A DNA stretch of 64,000 nt from an uncultured Desulfosarcina sp. (lineage in GTDB: Bacteria > Desulfobacterota > Desulfobacteria > Desulfobacterales > Desulfosarcinaceae). Below the pieces are notes generated by a model. The model was given only the letters and a program-made list of their open reading frames with translations. It was not told the DNA's origin and ran no database searches. This document shows, one piece after another, positions 33,476-50,845 of the stretch (the first letter of the stretch is position 1; every line of letters begins with the position of its first letter). Both the position numbers and the translations under genes were made by a program. The stretch lies in NCBI GenBank assembly GCA_963674945.2, contig CAXXWQ010000004.1:1824001-1888000 (forward strand), read 5' to 3'.

Positions 33476-36400
33476 TCAAGAATCACCATCGCTTGCAGCA
33501 ACCGTAAGATCACAGTAGTCTGCGATTCCCGTTCCCGCGGGAATGATTCTTCCCATGATCACGTTTTCCTTCAGGCCCCGCAACCGGTCCACCGAACCGG
33601 CGATACTGGCATCGGTGAGCACCTTCGTGGTCTCCTGGAAAGAAGCGGCCGATATGAAGCTGTCCGTACTCAAGGAGGCCTTGGTGATACCGAGGATCAA
33701 CGGTTCGGCAACGGCTGGTTTCCCTCCATTGGCGGCGATTGCCTCGTTTGTCTCCTCGAAGATGATTTTGTCCACCTGCTCTTCGAGAATAAAGTCCGTG
33801 TCTCCGATATCCACCACCTTGACCCGGCGCATCATCTGCCGAACGATCACTTCGATATGTTTGTCGTTGATCCGTACACCCTGAAGACGGTACACCTCCT
33901 GCACTTCATCCACCAGATACTTGGCCAGGGCGACCTCCCCCTTGATTTTAAGGATATCCTGGGGATTGGCGGCACCACCGATTAGCGGTTCACCTGCCCG
34001 GACGTAATCTCCTTCATATACATTGATGTGCTTGCCCCGGGGAATCAGGTACTCTTTCTTGTCGCCCACATCCACCGGGGAGATGGTCACCCGCTGTTTT
34101 CCCTTCTTGGTGGCTTTGGAGATGGTCACGTAGCCGTCGATCTCACTCAAGACAGCCACCTCTTTTGGCTTTCTCACTTCGAAGAGTTCCGCAACACGGG
34201 GAAGACCACCGGTAATATCCTTTGTTTTGGTCGTGGCCCGCGGCAACTTGGCGATAACGTCACCGGCCTTTACTTCATCCCCCTCTTCCATCATGATGAT
34301 GGCATCCACCGGGAGCATGTACCTGGCCATCCCGGTTCCCTTGGGAAGTTTGGCGGTCTTTCCGTCTTCTCCCTTGATGGAGATTCGGGGGCGTTCCTCT
34401 GCGGTCTTGGACTCGATGACCGTTCGACTGGATTTTCCGGTCACGGGGTCCACCTTTTCCTGAATGGTCTTTCCGGGAACCAGGTCACCGAATTTCACCG
34501 TACCATTGACTTCGGTAATGATCGGGGTTGTAAACGGATCCCATACGGCCAGAAGGTCACCGGGTACCACATCCTGGCCCTCTTTTACCACGATATGGGC
34601 ACCGTAAATCACCGGACAACGTTCACGTTCACGCCCTGTCTCTCCGACGATGGCAAATTCGCCGCCCCTTCGGTTCATGACCACCAGTTCGTTGTCCGCA
34701 TTCTTGACGACGTTAAGGTCGACGAATTTGATTTTACCGGCGGTACGTGCGCGAATGTCCGCCTGCTCCACTCTTCGGCTCGCCGTACCACCGATATGGA
34801 AGGTCCGCATGGTCAGCTGTGTTCCCGGCTCACCGATGGACTGTGCGGCGAGAATCCCCACGGCCTGCCCCATTTCAACGGTCCTGCCATGGGCCAGATC
34901 TCGTCCGTAACACTTGGCGCAGACACCATATTTGGTGCGGCAGGTCAAGACCGATCGAATCAACACTTGGTTAACGCCGGCGTTTTCGATCTTCTGGGCG
35001 TCGATTTCATCGATCTCCTTTCCCGCGCGCACCACCACTTCATCGGTAAACGGATCGAGGATGTCGGTTACGGTGGTCCGGCCCAGAATTCGCTCGCTTA
35101 GCCGTTGAATCACCTCACCGCCTTCCAGAAGGGGTTCCACCTCGACGCCCAGAGTGGTTCCGCAGTCGTGCTCTACCACGGCACAGTCCTGGGCCACATC
35201 CGCCAGACGACGTGTCAAGTACCCGGAGTTGGCCGTTTTCAGGGCGGTATCGGCAAGTCCCTTCCGTGCACCATGGGTGGAGATAAAGTACTGAAGGACG
35301 GAAAGACCTTCCCGAAAGTTCGCCTGAATGGGTGTTTCGATAATCTCGCCGGAAGGCTTGGCCATCAAACCGCGCATGCCGGCCAGCTGACGCATCTGGT
35401 CCTTGCTCCCGCGTGCACCGGAATCGGCCATCATATAGATGGGGTTGAAACTCTCCGTCTGAAGGGGTTTTCCGGCATCGTCCAGCAGGGGATTCCCCTC
35501 ACGGTCGAACCGTGTTTCCACCTTCATCGCGTCCATCATTTCGTTTGCCACATCATCGGTTGCCTTGGCCCAGATGTCCACAACCTTGTTGTATTTTTCC
35601 CCCTGGGTGATGAGTCCTTCGGTATATTGGCGACCGATCTCCGTCACCTGGACCTCCGCCCGATTCAAGATCTCCTCTTTTTTCTCGGGAATGATCATGG
35701 CGTCGATGGAAATGGAGAGTCCACCCTTGGTGGAATATTTATAGCCGATGTCTTTCAGCCGATCGGCCAAAATTACCGTCGCCTTGGGGCCAAGGTTTCG
35801 ATAGACGTAGTCGACCAACTGACGGAGCGCTCCCTTGTCCATCACCTTGTTGATGACGTCGAAAGGTATTTGGGGACGTTTTTCCAACAACTGGAAAAGG
35901 TGTGCCCCCTGGTCGTTGCGGATAATGGCCGACACCTCATTTTCCTGCAGACGGAAAATGGTATCGGCATCGTCTTCGGTCACTTCGAAAATCCGGGCAA
36001 ACTCCTCTTTTTCCAAAAGTCCGATTTCGCCGTCGTTGTCCCTGTCCGGACTCTCGGAATGGGTGGCCGCCAGCGTTCGGAACGACTCACCGTCGTCAAG
36101 GGACTTGACGATCTGTTCCATGACCTTCTCTTCCTTGACCATGATGTGGCGCAATCGGACCACATCGGCCTTTGGCATGATCTCCCACAGTACAATTCGG
36201 CCAACGATGGTTTCCACCCGCTTGCCACCGATGCGAACAATGATGTTGGCGTGCAAGTCGACCGCCCTGGAATCGTAGGCGGCACGAACCTCTTCCGGGT
36301 TGGAAAAAAGCCGGCCTTCCCCTTTGCAACCGTATTTTCCACGGGTCATGTAGTACAGTCCCAAAACAATGTCCTGACTGGGAACGATGATGGGGCTGCC

Positions 36401-37888
36401 GTTTGCCGGGGAAAGGATGTTGTTGGAAGAGAGCATCAACACCCTGGCTTCGATCTGGGACTCCACGGAAAGAGGAACATGAACGGCCATCTGGTCACCG
36501 TCGAAGTCGGCATTGAAAGCCGTGCAGACCAGAGGATGGAGTCGAATGGCCTTGCCCTCGATCAGGGTCGGCTCGAACGCCTGAATCCCGAGACGATGCA
36601 AGGTCGGTGCACGGTTGAGCATCACGGGATACTCCCTGACCACTTCATCCAGGGTATCCCATACTTCAGGGACTTCCCGTTCCACCATCTTTTTGGCGCT
36701 TTTCACGGTGGAGACCAGACCCTTTTGCTCGAGCCGGTAGTAGACAAAGGGCTTGAAAAGCTCGAGGGCCATCTTCTTCGGCAATCCGCACTGGTGAAGC
36801 CGTAAATTGGGTCCCACGGTGATCACCGTTCGACCGGAGTAGTCAACGCGTTTGCCTAAAAGATTCTGGCGAAAGCGGCCCTGTTTTCCTTTTAGGGTGT
36901 CACTCAACGACTTTAATGGACGCTTGTTGGTGCCGGTAATCACACGACCATGGCGGCCGTTGTCAAACAATACGTCCACCGACTCTTGAAGCATCCGCTT
37001 TTCGTTTCGGACGATGATCTCCGGTGCCTTCAGATCCATGAGTCGTTTGAGACGATTGTTACGGTTGATGACACGTCGGTAAAGATCATTCAGATCGGAA
37101 GTGGCAAACCGACCGCCCTCCAATGGTACCAGGGGTCTGAGATCGGGGGGCAAAACGGGAATCACGTCCATGACCATCCAGACCGGTTCCAGGCCTGAAC
37201 GCATGAATGCATCCACGATTTTCAACCGTTTCGAAAGCTTCTGCCGTTTCGCCACGGAATTGGTTTCCCGGATCTCCTTTCTCAGTTCCTGATAGAGTTC
37301 GTCCAGCTCGATATTTTCCAAAAGGGCCTTGACCGCCTCCGCACCGATACCCGCCTCGAATTTATCTTCACCATAGGTTTCGATGGCCTCCTGATACTTC
37401 TCATCGGAGAGCAACTGGCAGCGGTTCAAGGCGGTATCTTTGGGATCGATGACGATATAGGAATCGAAGTAGAGAACCTTCTCCATATTTTTCAAGGTGA
37501 TATCGAGGAGGTTGCCGATTTTGCTGGGCAGGCTTTTAAGGAACCAGATGTGAGAGACCGGCGTCGCCAATTCGATGTGCCCCATGCGTTCGCGGCGCAC
37601 CTTGGATTGAATCACCTCGACACCGCATTTCTCGCAGATGACGCCGCGATGTTTCATGCGCTTGTATTTACCGCAATTGCACTCGTAATCTTTGGTGGGA
37701 CCAAAGATCTTCGCGCAGAACAATCCATCCCGTTCCGGTTTGAAGGTACGATAATTAATGGTTTCCGGCTTTTTGATCTCCCCATGGGACCATTGTCGGA
37801 TCTGGTCCGAGGAGGCCAGGGAGACCTTGACGCCGGTATAACGCCTGGGATCTGTGGGCTTAGAGAAAAAATCGTATAATGTTTCCAT
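33476..37888 (-). CDS. rpoC: RNA polymerase beta' subunit with a 100-aa parvulin-like insertion
   Basis: NADFDGD, zinc-finger Cys, TQLTMRTFH; the insertion is residues 574-673. Confidence 0.99.
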   Translation of the reverse strand: METLYDFFSKPTDPRRYTGVKVSLASSDQIRQWSHGEIKKPETINYRTFKPERDGLFCAKIFGPTKDYECNCGKYKRMKHRGVICEKCGVEVIQSKVRRERMGHIELATPVSHIWFLKSLPSKIGNLLDITLKNMEKVLYFDSYIVIDPKDTALNRCQLLSDEKYQEAIETYGEDKFEAGIGAEAVKALLENIELDELYQELRKEIRETNSVAKRQKLSKRLKIVDAFMRSGLEPVWMVMDVIPVLPPDLRPLVPLEGGRFATSDLNDLYRRVINRNNRLKRLMDLKAPEIIVRNEKRMLQESVDVLFDNGRHGRVITGTNKRPLKSLSDTLKGKQGRFRQNLLGKRVDYSGRTVITVGPNLRLHQCGLPKKMALELFKPFVYYRLEQKGLVSTVKSAKKMVEREVPEVWDTLDEVVREYPVMLNRAPTLHRLGIQAFEPTLIEGKAIRLHPLVCTAFNADFDGDQMAVHVPLSVESQIEARVLMLSSNNILSPANGSPIIVPSQDIVLGLYYMTRGKYGCKGEGRLFSNPEEVRAAYDSRAVDLHANIIVRIGGKRVETIVGRIVLWEIMPKADVVRLRHIMVKEEKVMEQIVKSLDDGESFRTLAATHSESPDRDNDGEIGLLEKEEFARIFEVTEDDADTIFRLQENEVSAIIRNDQGAHLFQLLEKRPQIPFDVINKVMDKGALRQLVDYVYRNLGPKATVILADRLKDIGYKYSTKGGLSISIDAMIIPEKKEEILNRAEVQVTEIGRQYTEGLITQGEKYNKVVDIWAKATDDVANEMMDAMKVETRFDREGNPLLDDAGKPLQTESFNPIYMMADSGARGSKDQMRQLAGMRGLMAKPSGEIIETPIQANFREGLSVLQYFISTHGARKGLADTALKTANSGYLTRRLADVAQDCAVVEHDCGTTLGVEVEPLLEGGEVIQRLSERILGRTTVTDILDPFTDEVVVRAGKEIDEIDAQKIENAGVNQVLIRSVLTCRTKYGVCAKCYGRDLAHGRTVEMGQAVGILAAQSIGEPGTQLTMRTFHIGGTASRRVEQADIRARTAGKIKFVDLNVVKNADNELVVMNRRGGEFAIVGETGRERERCPVIYGAHIVVKEGQDVVPGDLLAVWDPFTTPIITEVNGTVKFGDLVPGKTIQEKVDPVTGKSSRTVIESKTAEERPRISIKGEDGKTAKLPKGTGMARYMLPVDAIIMMEEGDEVKAGDVIAKLPRATTKTKDITGGLPRVAELFEVRKPKEVAVLSEIDGYVTISKATKKGKQRVTISPVDVGDKKEYLIPRGKHINVYEGDYVRAGEPLIGGAANPQDILKIKGEVALAKYLVDEVQEVYRLQGVRINDKHIEVIVRQMMRRVKVVDIGDTDFILEEQVDKIIFEETNEAIAANGGKPAVAEPLILGITKASLSTDSFISAASFQETTKVLTDASIAGSVDRLRGLKENVIMGRIIPAGTGIADYCDLTVAASDGDS

Positions 37889-37959
37889 AACTTGTTCCTT
37901 TATAGGCGTTAAGGATGATCAAGAGTTGGGCATTTTTGCATTCGGCTAAGTTCCTCGAG

Positions 37960-42045
<4,086 letters not shown>

Positions 42046-42187
42046 GTTTGCTCCGATAGGGTATTTGAGGAATATGAAAATGGGATCAAAGGATCATCCG
42101 CCTTTGCACCCCATTTTCACATTCGATGCTTTTCGTTGTAAATAAAGATTGTTATGCATCCTTATGGCAGTTTGTGCCCATACCGTT

Positions 42188-42574
42188 CTATTTGAGTTCC
42201 ACTTGCGCTCCAGCCTCTTCGAGCTGTGCTTTGATCTTTTCGGCTTCCTCTTTCTCCACACCTTCTTTCACCGGCTTGGGCGCCTCGTCCACCAATGCCT
42301 TGGCCTCTTTCAAGCCAAGGCCGGTGATGGCACGCACCTCTTTAATTACGGCGATCTTCTTGTCACCGGCGGCGGTCAGAACGACATCGAATTCATTCTT
42401 CTCTTCGGCGGCGGCGGCGCCTGCATCACCGGCGGGACCGGCGGCCATCATAGCCACGGGTGCAGCGGCGGAAACACCGAATTTTTCCTCCATCTCCTTG
42501 ACCATCTCGGAGAGTTCCAGCACGGACATGTTTGCGATAAAATCGATGACATCTGCTTTGGTAATATCAGCCAT
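42188..42574 (-). CDS. rplL: 50S ribosomal protein L7/L12
   Basis: [26 protein letters not shown] before ATG 42574. Confidence 0.97.
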   Translation of the reverse strand: MADITKADVIDFIANMSVLELSEMVKEMEEKFGVSAAAPVAMMAAGPAGDAGAAAAEEKNEFDVVLTAAGDKKIAVIKEVRAITGLGLKEAKALVDEAPKPVKEGVEKEEAEKIKAQLEEAGAQVELK

Positions 42575-42648
42575 TTGTTGTTTTTCCTCCAAAATTGATA
42601 AGTAATCCGTCTTTCGACCTTAAGTTTTTGCATTGAATCGATCAGGCC

Positions 42649-43179
42649 TTACGCTTCCCCTGCAGCTTCTTTTTGATCCTTGATGGCCTGAAGCACGTTG
42701 ACCATTCGCCGGGGCACATCACTGAGGGCGGTAACCAGTGAGGTCGGCACGGCGTTCATGGCAGAGAGCACCTGCGCCAGCAGTACTTCCCTGCTCGGCA
42801 GGGAAGAAAGCGCCTTGATGCCTGCCAAGTCCACGATTTGCCCATTGAGAATGCCTGATTTGATTTCCAGCTTTTCGTTGTCCTTGGCGAATTCGGTAAG
42901 CACCTTCGCCGGACCGACGGGATCATCGTAACTCAGAGCAACAGCGCTTGGTCCCTTGAACTGGTCCTTGATCAAGGAGACATCATTGCCTTCCGATGCC
43001 CTTACCAGAAGCGAATTTTTCGCCACCTGATATTCGGCGTTCGCACCACGCAGTTTTCGACGCAGGTCATTAATAGATTCCACATCGAGCCCTTTGTAAT
43101 CCGTCAATATTACGATAACCGATTTTTCGAAGCGCTCTTTAAGGTCTTGTGCGATTCTCTTTTTTTCGTTGATATCCAA
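42649..43179 (-). CDS. rplJ: 50S ribosomal protein L10
   Basis: DYKGL, VAKNSL, LPSREVLL; probable TTG start at 43179. Confidence 0.95.
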   Translation of the reverse strand: MDINEKKRIAQDLKERFEKSVIVILTDYKGLDVESINDLRRKLRGANAEYQVAKNSLLVRASEGNDVSLIKDQFKGPSAVALSYDDPVGPAKVLTEFAKDNEKLEIKSGILNGQIVDLAGIKALSSLPSREVLLAQVLSAMNAVPTSLVTALSDVPRRMVNVLQAIKDQKEAAGEA

Positions 43180-43320
43180 TTGTCGATTACACCCCCTTCC
43201 TAAATCTGCAAAAACCGGAGAACACAAAATGGCGTTGGTTTGGTAGAGATCCTTCTAAACAGTTGATACAATCCACATCGATGATCTTGCTTAAGAAAGG
43301 GCTCATATGACAAATGCAAC

Positions 43321-43403
43321 TCCCGTCTCGGCAGGCCGGTGAGAACCGATTAAACACGCGACCCTTTTCATGCGGGCCGATGTGAACCTACGGTCTTTGA
43401 CAG
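43321..43403 (-). promoter_or_regulatory. L10 leader (autoregulatory RNA)
   Basis: AAGACCGTAGG...TTAA...CCTGCCGAGAC upstream of rplJ. Confidence 0.75.
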
Positions 43404-43482
43404 TGTGTGGTTGGGCAGGTTGTTTCCAACCAGCCTTTTTTATGAGCATTCACTTGCGTTCAAAAGAAGGACGACAGTCCCC

Positions 43483-44187
43483 CTATTTCACCAAATCTTT
43501 AACCAGAGCCGTGTCGATTTTGACTCCTGGTCCCATGGTAGTGGAAACGGCAATTCCTTTGAGGTAGGTCCCTTTACTGGAAGATGGTTTCAGCTTCATG
43601 ATCGTTTCTAAGAATGCGGCAATGTTCTCTACGATTTTCTGGGAACCAAATGATACTTTTCCCATAGGAGCGTGAACGATACCCGCCTTTTCAACCCGAA
43701 AATCGATCTTTCCCGCCTTGAGTTCCTGAATGGTCTTGGCAACGTCGAAAGTTACCGTTCCCGTCTTCGCGTTGGGCATCAGACCGCGGGGACCGAGGAG
43801 CCTTCCAATTTTTCCCACGGTTCCCATCATGTCGGGAGTGGCGATGGCTTTGTCGAATCCGAACCACCCTTCTTTGATCTTCTCCACGAGATCCTCATTA
43901 CCGACAAACTCGGCGCCGGCCTCCTTGGCCTCCATCTCTTTTTCGCCCTTGGCAAAAACGAGAACCTTGACCTCCTTGCCGAGACCATTCGGCAGAACGA
44001 CGGTTCCGCGAACCATCTGGTCGGCGTGTCGGGGATCCACCCCCAGGCGAACGGCGACATCTACGGTTTCATCAAATTTCGCATAAGAAGAAGAAATTGC
44101 GGCATCGATTGCCTCGTTGAAGTCGTATCGCTTGCTCGACTCGATTTTACTTGATGATTCTTTGTATTTTTTACCACGCTTCGGCAT
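43483..44187 (-). CDS. rplA: 50S ribosomal protein L1
   Basis: [23 protein letters not shown]. Confidence 0.98.
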   Translation of the reverse strand: MPKRGKKYKESSSKIESSKRYDFNEAIDAAISSSYAKFDETVDVAVRLGVDPRHADQMVRGTVVLPNGLGKEVKVLVFAKGEKEMEAKEAGAEFVGNEDLVEKIKEGWFGFDKAIATPDMMGTVGKIGRLLGPRGLMPNAKTGTVTFDVAKTIQELKAGKIDFRVEKAGIVHAPMGKVSFGSQKIVENIAAFLETIMKLKPSSSKGTYLKGIAVSTTMGPGVKIDTALVKDLVK

Positions 44188-44284
44188 AGTTCCTTAAACT
44201 CCTTAATCGTATTTCTCTTCCCGCCCTCGTTTTGCTGCGATCTGATTCTCTTCCGATCGACATGTAAGGCCTGCCCTACTATCG

Positions 44285-44707
44285 CTATTTGACTTCAATG
44301 CCCATGCTTCTGGCGGTTCCGCTGATAATCTTACATGCGGCTGCCATGTCGTTGGCATTCAGATCTTCCATTTTAATCTTGGCGATCTCTTCGACCTGTG
44401 CCATTGTTACCGATCCGACCCGATCCCGCTTTGGGTCACCGGCTCCCTTGGCGACCTTGGCGGCTTTCTTCAGCAAAACGGCCGCAGGTGGCGTCTTTGT
44501 AATAAAGGTGAAGGAGCGGTCCTGGAATACGGTAATGACCACAGGAATGATCATGCCGGCATCGTTCTGCGTCCGAGAATTGAATGCCTTGCAAAAATCC
44601 ATGATATTGACACCATGCTGTCCGAGTGCCGGACCGATGGGTGGAGATGGGTTTGCCTTTCCCGCTTCGACCTGAAGCTTAATTTGAGCCATTACCTTTT
44701 TTGCCAT
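44285..44707 (-). CDS. rplK: 50S ribosomal protein L11
   Basis: [19 protein letters not shown]. Confidence 0.98.
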   Translation of the reverse strand: MAKKVMAQIKLQVEAGKANPSPPIGPALGQHGVNIMDFCKAFNSRTQNDAGMIIPVVITVFQDRSFTFITKTPPAAVLLKKAAKVAKGAGDPKRDRVGSVTMAQVEEIAKIKMEDLNANDMAAACKIISGTARSMGIEVK

Positions 44708-44780
44708 TTTTCGATCGATTCCCTGTTGTATGTCTGTTTTATGGTAAAGACGGATAAGGTGCTTTTACCATAGCAAGCGA

Positions 44781-45311
44781 TTATAGTTTGGTCACCTGAA
44801 CGAAATCCAGTTCCACGGGTGTGGAGCGGCCGAAAATACTGACCAACACTTTGATTTTTCCCTTTTCAGGATTGACCTCTTCCACCGTTCCGTTGAAATT
44901 TGTAAATGGGCCGTCAATGACACGGATTTCATCGCCGGTTTCAAAATAGAATTTGGGTTGCGGCTGATTTTTCCCCGCTTCCATCCGATTCAGGATGTTT
45001 TCCGCCTCTTTTTGGGAAATCGGCGTGGGCTTTTCCCTGCCGCCGAGAAACCCCGTGACCTTGGGTGTATTGTTCACGATGTGCCAGGTCTCATCATCGA
45101 GCTCCATCTTCACGAGTAAATATCCGGGATAGAATTTTCTCGATGATGTTCGCCGCTTGCCCTTCACCAACTCGACGACCTCCTCCGTCGGTACGAGAAC
45201 CTCTTCGAACTTGCCCGGATCGGGTGAAGAGGCGATCTTTTCTTCCAAAGAGGCCTTTACCTTATTCTCGAATCCAGAATAGACATGAACAATATACCAT
45301 TTTTTTGCCAC
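44781..45311 (-). CDS. nusG: Transcription factor NusG
   Basis: [14 protein letters not shown] motif [18 protein letters not shown]. Confidence 0.98.
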   Translation of the reverse strand: MAKKWYIVHVYSGFENKVKASLEEKIASSPDPGKFEEVLVPTEEVVELVKGKRRTSSRKFYPGYLLVKMELDDETWHIVNNTPKVTGFLGGREKPTPISQKEAENILNRMEAGKNQPQPKFYFETGDEIRVIDGPFTNFNGTVEEVNPEKGKIKVLVSIFGRSTPVELDFVQVTKL

Positions 45312-45326
45312 GTAAACGCTCCTGGG

Positions 45327-45683
45327 TTATTGTAACACGGCCCGAATCAAGCCACCGAGACCGGCATCCACAAGCCCGAGGAAAAGTGATATGATCGTTA
45401 CGAGGACAATTACCACCACGGTGGATCCCATGGTCTGCTTCCGTGATGGCCATGTCACCTTTTTCAACTCGACCTTCACTTCCCGAAGAAACTGGACCGA
45501 CTTGTCGATGAAATTCTTTTCCTTAGCCACTGGAGCCTTGACGGTGGGAGTGTAGGACTTTTTTGCCACCGGCTGCATTTTCGTCGTCGAATCGGAGGAA
45601 TCAAATCCCTGGCTGGCTTCCTCCTCGGATTGCCGCTTCTTGACCTTCTTGCTTGGATCCTTTTTTCGAAGTAACCGTCCCAT
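45327..45683 (-). CDS. secE: Preprotein translocase SecE
   Basis: ELKKVTWPSR followed by one TM helix. Confidence 0.95.
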   Translation of the reverse strand: MGRLLRKKDPSKKVKKRQSEEEASQGFDSSDSTTKMQPVAKKSYTPTVKAPVAKEKNFIDKSVQFLREVKVELKKVTWPSRKQTMGSTVVVIVLVTIISLFLGLVDAGLGGLIRAVLQ

Positions 45684-45779
45684 CGTTCCCCGTTTCGTAG
45701 AACACCGAACCGCCGCGAATCAAAGCGGCAGGAAAGCATCGATGCCCAGTTTCGATATCACCTGATCATAATCATATGG

Positions 45780-45856
45780 TGGCAGGCCAGGAGGGATTCG
45801 AACCCCCAACACCCGGATTTGGAGTCCGATGCTCTACCAATTCGAGCTACTGGCCT
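45780..45856 (-). tRNA. tRNA-Trp (CCA)
   Basis: AGGCCAG...CTCCAAA...TTCGAAT...CTGGCCTGCCA cloverleaf. Confidence 0.97.
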
Positions 45857-45885
45857 GCAAATCTTCATCAACGTCAACGCCTTCG

Positions 45886-46035
45886 TTACTTGGTTTCTTT
45901 ATGCATTGTGTGCTTTTGGCAAAACCGACAGTATTTGCTGAACTCCAATTTATCCGGCGTCGTCCGTTTGTTCTTTGTCGTTGTATAGTTTCTTCGCTTA
46001 CACTCCGTACAGGCCAGTGTTATGATGATTCTCAC
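45886..46035 (-). CDS. rpmG: 50S ribosomal protein L33 (not in the ORF track)
   Basis: AAGGAG RBS, GTG start; [49 protein letters not shown]. Confidence 0.96.
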   Translation of the reverse strand: MRIIITLACTECKRRNYTTTKNKRTTPDKLEFSKYCRFCQKHTMHKETK

Positions 46036-46058
46036 TTGAAGGCACTCCTTTGGGAATC

Positions 46059-47252
<1,194 letters not shown>

Positions 47253-47316
47253 TTTAAAAACCTCCCATGAATGGACAATTTCTGGCTGTTTTGTTTTTTA
47301 CCATAGCGGGTAAATA

Positions 47317-47393
47317 TGGAGCCCACGATCGGAATTGAACCGATGAACCTCTTCCTTACCAAGGAAGCGCTCTACCGACTGAGCTACGTGGGC
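47317..47393 (-). tRNA. tRNA-Thr (GGT)
   Basis: GCCCACG...TTGGTAA...CGTGGGCTCCA. Confidence 0.97.
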
Positions 47394-47454
47394 TTTGTAG
47401 GCATAAAAAGAACTATAAAATGGCAGGCTCTGAAAGATCAACGGTCAATGTCAA

Positions 47455-47530
47455 TGGAGCGGGAGACGAGGCTCGAACTCGCGACATTCAGCTTGGAAGG
47501 CTGAAGCTCTACCAACTGAGCTACTCCCGC
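47455..47530 (-). tRNA. tRNA-Gly (TCC)
   Basis: GCGGGAG...CTTCCAA...CTCCCGCTCCA. Confidence 0.97.
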
Positions 47531-47670
47531 TTGTTTCCCATAACGGACTTGACATCAACGTTTCTCATATTTGCCGCACATCATCTCAAGCAGCGACAAG
47601 ATAAAAGCAAGCCGTGTAGTGCGCTATCGATCTTTTTAGTATGATCTCCTACAGGAACTTACCCCAAAAA

Positions 47671-47755
47671 TGGTGGTGGGGGGAGGATTTGAACCTCCGA
47701 AGGCGTCGCCGACAGATTTACAGTCTGTTCCCTTTGACCACTCGGGAACCCCACC
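47671..47755 (-). tRNA. tRNA-Tyr (GTA)
   Basis: GGTGGGG...CTGTAAA, long variable arm, CCCCACCACCA. Confidence 0.97.
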
Positions 47756-47777
47756 ATATATTCGAAATCGTTAACTC

Positions 47778-47853
47778 TGGAGCCAGCGGAGGGACTCGAA
47801 CCCCCGACCCACTGATTACAAATCAGTAGCTCTACCAACTGAGCTACGCTGGC
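47778..47853 (-). tRNA. tRNA-Thr (TGT)
   Basis: GCCAGCG...TTTGTAA...CGCTGGCTCCA. Confidence 0.97.
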
Positions 47854-48232
47854 CGACTTGTTTCTGAAAGAGCAGTCGCATTTAGAATCTGAAGCGATAC
47901 CCATGCGAATAACCGAAAACACATCATCTACACTCTTGATTTTGTTTTTTCAAGTATTTTTTTCGTTTTGAAAAAAAATGCTATCGTCATCCCAATCACT
48001 ACCGATAATTGATGGTAGTGGAGATCTCATAATGGGACTGCCGGTGCGGTATTCGGACACAACAATACAGATACCGGCATTTGTCAGATTGAAATCGTAT
48101 GAGATAGACGGCGGCTTTGATTTGAACTGGCTTGACAAGAAAGCCACCAAAATTGTAAAACTCTATGAAAATCAAGGCTTCACCGCGATCGAAAAAGTGC
48201 AATCTGACCATGTTTACCATCATCGCCGGATT

Positions 48233-50134
48233 ATGAATCCGTTACATAAGGACCGTGCCGTGTTATCTATTGGTTTTCGAACCGTCATTTGTCTCGCTCT
48301 GATCCTCGTCGCAGGTTGTGCCCATGGGCCGATTGAAACGGCTGAAAAAGCGCCTGCTACGGAAATTCCCTCAGCCGAACAAGGACCAATCACCATCGCC
48401 GACAAAGATGCCTTGGATGAAGATGCCGCAGTACCTGTCATCCCCCCTTTGCCGGCATCGGGAATGAACGGTGAAGCGACAATGTCGCCGAATTTTGGTG
48501 CGGAACACCCTTCCCAAGGAACCTGCGAAGTCCTCGCCACCGAAACGGCCCTTCCGGATGTACAGCAACAAGACCCGCAGCAACAACTGGACGACGCACT
48601 GGACTATTGTGAAACCGCACAGGACAATTGGCAAAAAGGCGAGCTGGAAAATGCCTTGGATTCGCTGGACAAAGCCTACGCATTGATTTTGGAAGTGAAT
48701 GGCGACGATTCGACGAAACTGGTGCAACAAAAAGAGGACCTGCGGTTTCTCATATCCAAACGAATTCTCGAAATCTACGCATCCAGGAACATCGTCGTCA
48801 ATGGCAACCACAATGCCATCCCCCGGGAAATCAATGCAAACGTTCAGAGGGAGATCGACCGGTTTACCAAGGGACCGGAACGCACTTTTTTTATTCAGTC
48901 CTACAGTCGTTCCGGAAAATACCGTCCGATGATCGTGGAAAAACTGACATCCGCGGGTCTGCCCGCCGAACTGTCCTGGCTCCCATTGATCGAAAGCGGG
49001 TTCAAGATCAAGGCATTGTCCAGGGCCAGGGCCTTGGGACTGTGGCAATTCATCCCGTCCACCGGCTATAAATTCGGTCTCAAGAGGGACCAATACATTG
49101 ACGAACGCATCGACTTCGAAAAAGCGACCGATGCGGCCATCGCCTATCTTAAGGAACTCCACGGCATTTTCGGAGACTGGTCGACGGTACTGGCAGCCTA
49201 CAACTGTGGGGAGGGACGCGTTTTGCACGTGATTCGGACCCAGAATATCAACTATCTGGATGATTTCTGGGATCTATACGGACGACTCCCCTTCGAAACC
49301 GCCAGATATGTTCCCCGATTTTTAGCTGCACTGCACGTCATCGAAAATCTGGAAAAATACGGCATGGCCGACATCGCCGTTGCCCCCCCCCTCACATTTG
49401 AAACGGTGCGCGTCGAGCGTCAGGCACACTTAAAGGACCTGGCCACCCCGCTGGATACCACCATAGAGACCCTTTCGGCACTCAACCCCGAACTTCGCTA
49501 CAAGGTTCTGCCCCCCAACCCCTACTCCCTGCGGGTGCCGGTGGGCAAGACCGAACTCCTGTTGGCATCCATCGACCAGGTGCCCATCTCATCGCCACCA
49601 AGGCCGGCCTTCGTCTATCACCGCGTAAGAAGAGGCGATACGCTATCCACCATCGCGAGACGATACCACACCAGCGTCAAAAAAATCATGTGGGCAAACA
49701 ACCTGCACCGCTCCAGCTACATCGTCGCCGGCAAAAAATTGAAGATTCCCCTCCGCCAGATGGTGGTCACGCATGAGCCGGTAACGACCGCTCCGGCGAC
49801 TTCGAACTGGCATCACAGACATGTTGTCAAAAGGGGCGACAACCTTTGGATCATCGCCAAACGATACGGCACGACCACGAAAAAAATACAACACGTCAAC
49901 GGTCTTACGAGTACCAACCTCACCATCAACCAGGTGTTGCGGGTTCCCGATGGACATGGTGAAAACAGTGCGGATCATTCCGTGGCGTCGGTAGACAATT
50001 ACTATGTCCGACAGGGTGACAGCCCCTATCTGATCGCCCGCAAGCATGGTATGTCCCTCAATGATTTTCTGGAGATCAATCGCCTCTCCAAGAGCAGCAC
50101 CATCTATCCGGGCCAGGCGGTTAAGATCAAATAA
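48233..50134 (+). CDS. MltD-like lytic transglycosylase lipoprotein with three LysM domains
   Basis: Lipobox LVAGC after ATG 48233; LIES, GLWQF, AAYNCG, ETARYV; LysM repeats VRRGDTL, VKRGDNL, VRQGDS. Confidence 0.9.
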   Translation: MNPLHKDRAVLSIGFRTVICLALILVAGCAHGPIETAEKAPATEIPSAEQGPITIADKDALDEDAAVPVIPPLPASGMNGEATMSPNFGAEHPSQGTCEVLATETALPDVQQQDPQQQLDDALDYCETAQDNWQKGELENALDSLDKAYALILEVNGDDSTKLVQQKEDLRFLISKRILEIYASRNIVVNGNHNAIPREINANVQREIDRFTKGPERTFFIQSYSRSGKYRPMIVEKLTSAGLPAELSWLPLIESGFKIKALSRARALGLWQFIPSTGYKFGLKRDQYIDERIDFEKATDAAIAYLKELHGIFGDWSTVLAAYNCGEGRVLHVIRTQNINYLDDFWDLYGRLPFETARYVPRFLAALHVIENLEKYGMADIAVAPPLTFETVRVERQAHLKDLATPLDTTIETLSALNPELRYKVLPPNPYSLRVPVGKTELLLASIDQVPISSPPRPAFVYHRVRRGDTLSTIARRYHTSVKKIMWANNLHRSSYIVAGKKLKIPLRQMVVTHEPVTTAPATSNWHHRHVVKRGDNLWIIAKRYGTTTKKIQHVNGLTSTNLTINQVLRVPDGHGENSADHSVASVDNYYVRQGDSPYLIARKHGMSLNDFLEINRLSKSSTIYPGQAVKIK

Positions 50135-50138
50135 CAGA

Positions 50139-50171
50139 AAGCCGTCGCCCGATTCGTATCGGCGACGGCTT
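50139..50171. terminator. Hairpin between convergent genes
   Basis: AAGCCGTCGCC...GGCGACGGCTT stem. Confidence 0.75.
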
Positions 50172-50197
50172 GTGGCAGAGAGACGCGGAAAAAACCC

Positions 50198-50620
50198 TTA
50201 GGCGTTCTGGGTATCCAGGGCCTTATGCAGGGTTTTGACCGCCAGTTGAATACAGTGGTGTTTCTTTACCGGGATCTCCTCCAGCACCCTGAAAACGGCG
50301 CCGTCGTCGATGGTTCGGGCAAACGCCAAGTCCTTTCCCTGGATCAGATCCACCACCGCCATTGCTGCGGAGATGGCGCCGGCGCATCCCATCACCTGGT
50401 ATTTCGCTTCACCCACGACACCATTTTTCATTTTGATATAAATTCCCATGGTATCGCCGCAAGTCCCGGTCATCTCGGAGGTAATGTCCGCATCGGGGAT
50501 GATCCCCATGTGAGGTTTCTTGATGTAATAATCAATGGCTGTCTTAGAGTAGCCGGATGCCGCTAACATCTTCTCTATCGCTTGAGTATCAGTCGGTACC
50601 GCTGTCTGAATCTCGGTCAT
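50198..50620 (-). CDS. IscU/NifU-N family Fe-S scaffold-like protein
   Basis: TCGD, MGCA, HHC (three conserved Cys); GGGAG RBS before ATG 50620. Confidence 0.85.
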   Translation of the reverse strand: MTEIQTAVPTDTQAIEKMLAASGYSKTAIDYYIKKPHMGIIPDADITSEMTGTCGDTMGIYIKMKNGVVGEAKYQVMGCAGAISAAMAVVDLIQGKDLAFARTIDDGAVFRVLEEIPVKKHHCIQLAVKTLHKALDTQNA

Positions 50621-50845
50621 CTCCCGTCCCTTCAAAATTACGGATGGTTTCGCACTATAAAAGAGAGACGAATAAACTTTTCTGCTTTTGCTGTCAAGCG
50701 GGGAGTACAAATTGCATGAAGAAATCCGATCTTTCCAACGGCAATGGATAAAAATCACTGCAGATGGCTTGTCAACAATGATAAAAACAGATAGAAAAAC
50801 AGCGAGCCGTCAAGTTTCGAAAATATTCCGAATGAGGGGAACAGT

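Noticed and set aside
35870..36169. Intein in RpoC
   Set aside because: No N-terminal Cys/Ser with C-terminal His-Asn and a following nucleophile; the pattern fits parvulin instead.
35105..36805. Long antisense ORFs (also 8672-9811, 40138-41292, 56830-58305, 58869-60110, 429-1019)
   Set aside because: Shadow frames of well-supported genes on the opposite strand, with no recognisable motifs.
45777..45782. CCACCA at the 3' end of tRNA-Trp
   Set aside because: Probably a chance trailer sequence removed during processing; no other support.
47978..48232. 85-aa N-terminal extension of the transglycosylase in the ORF track
   Set aside because: The lipoprotein signal begins at ATG 48233, and the upstream part contains a promoter-like TTGACA (48132).
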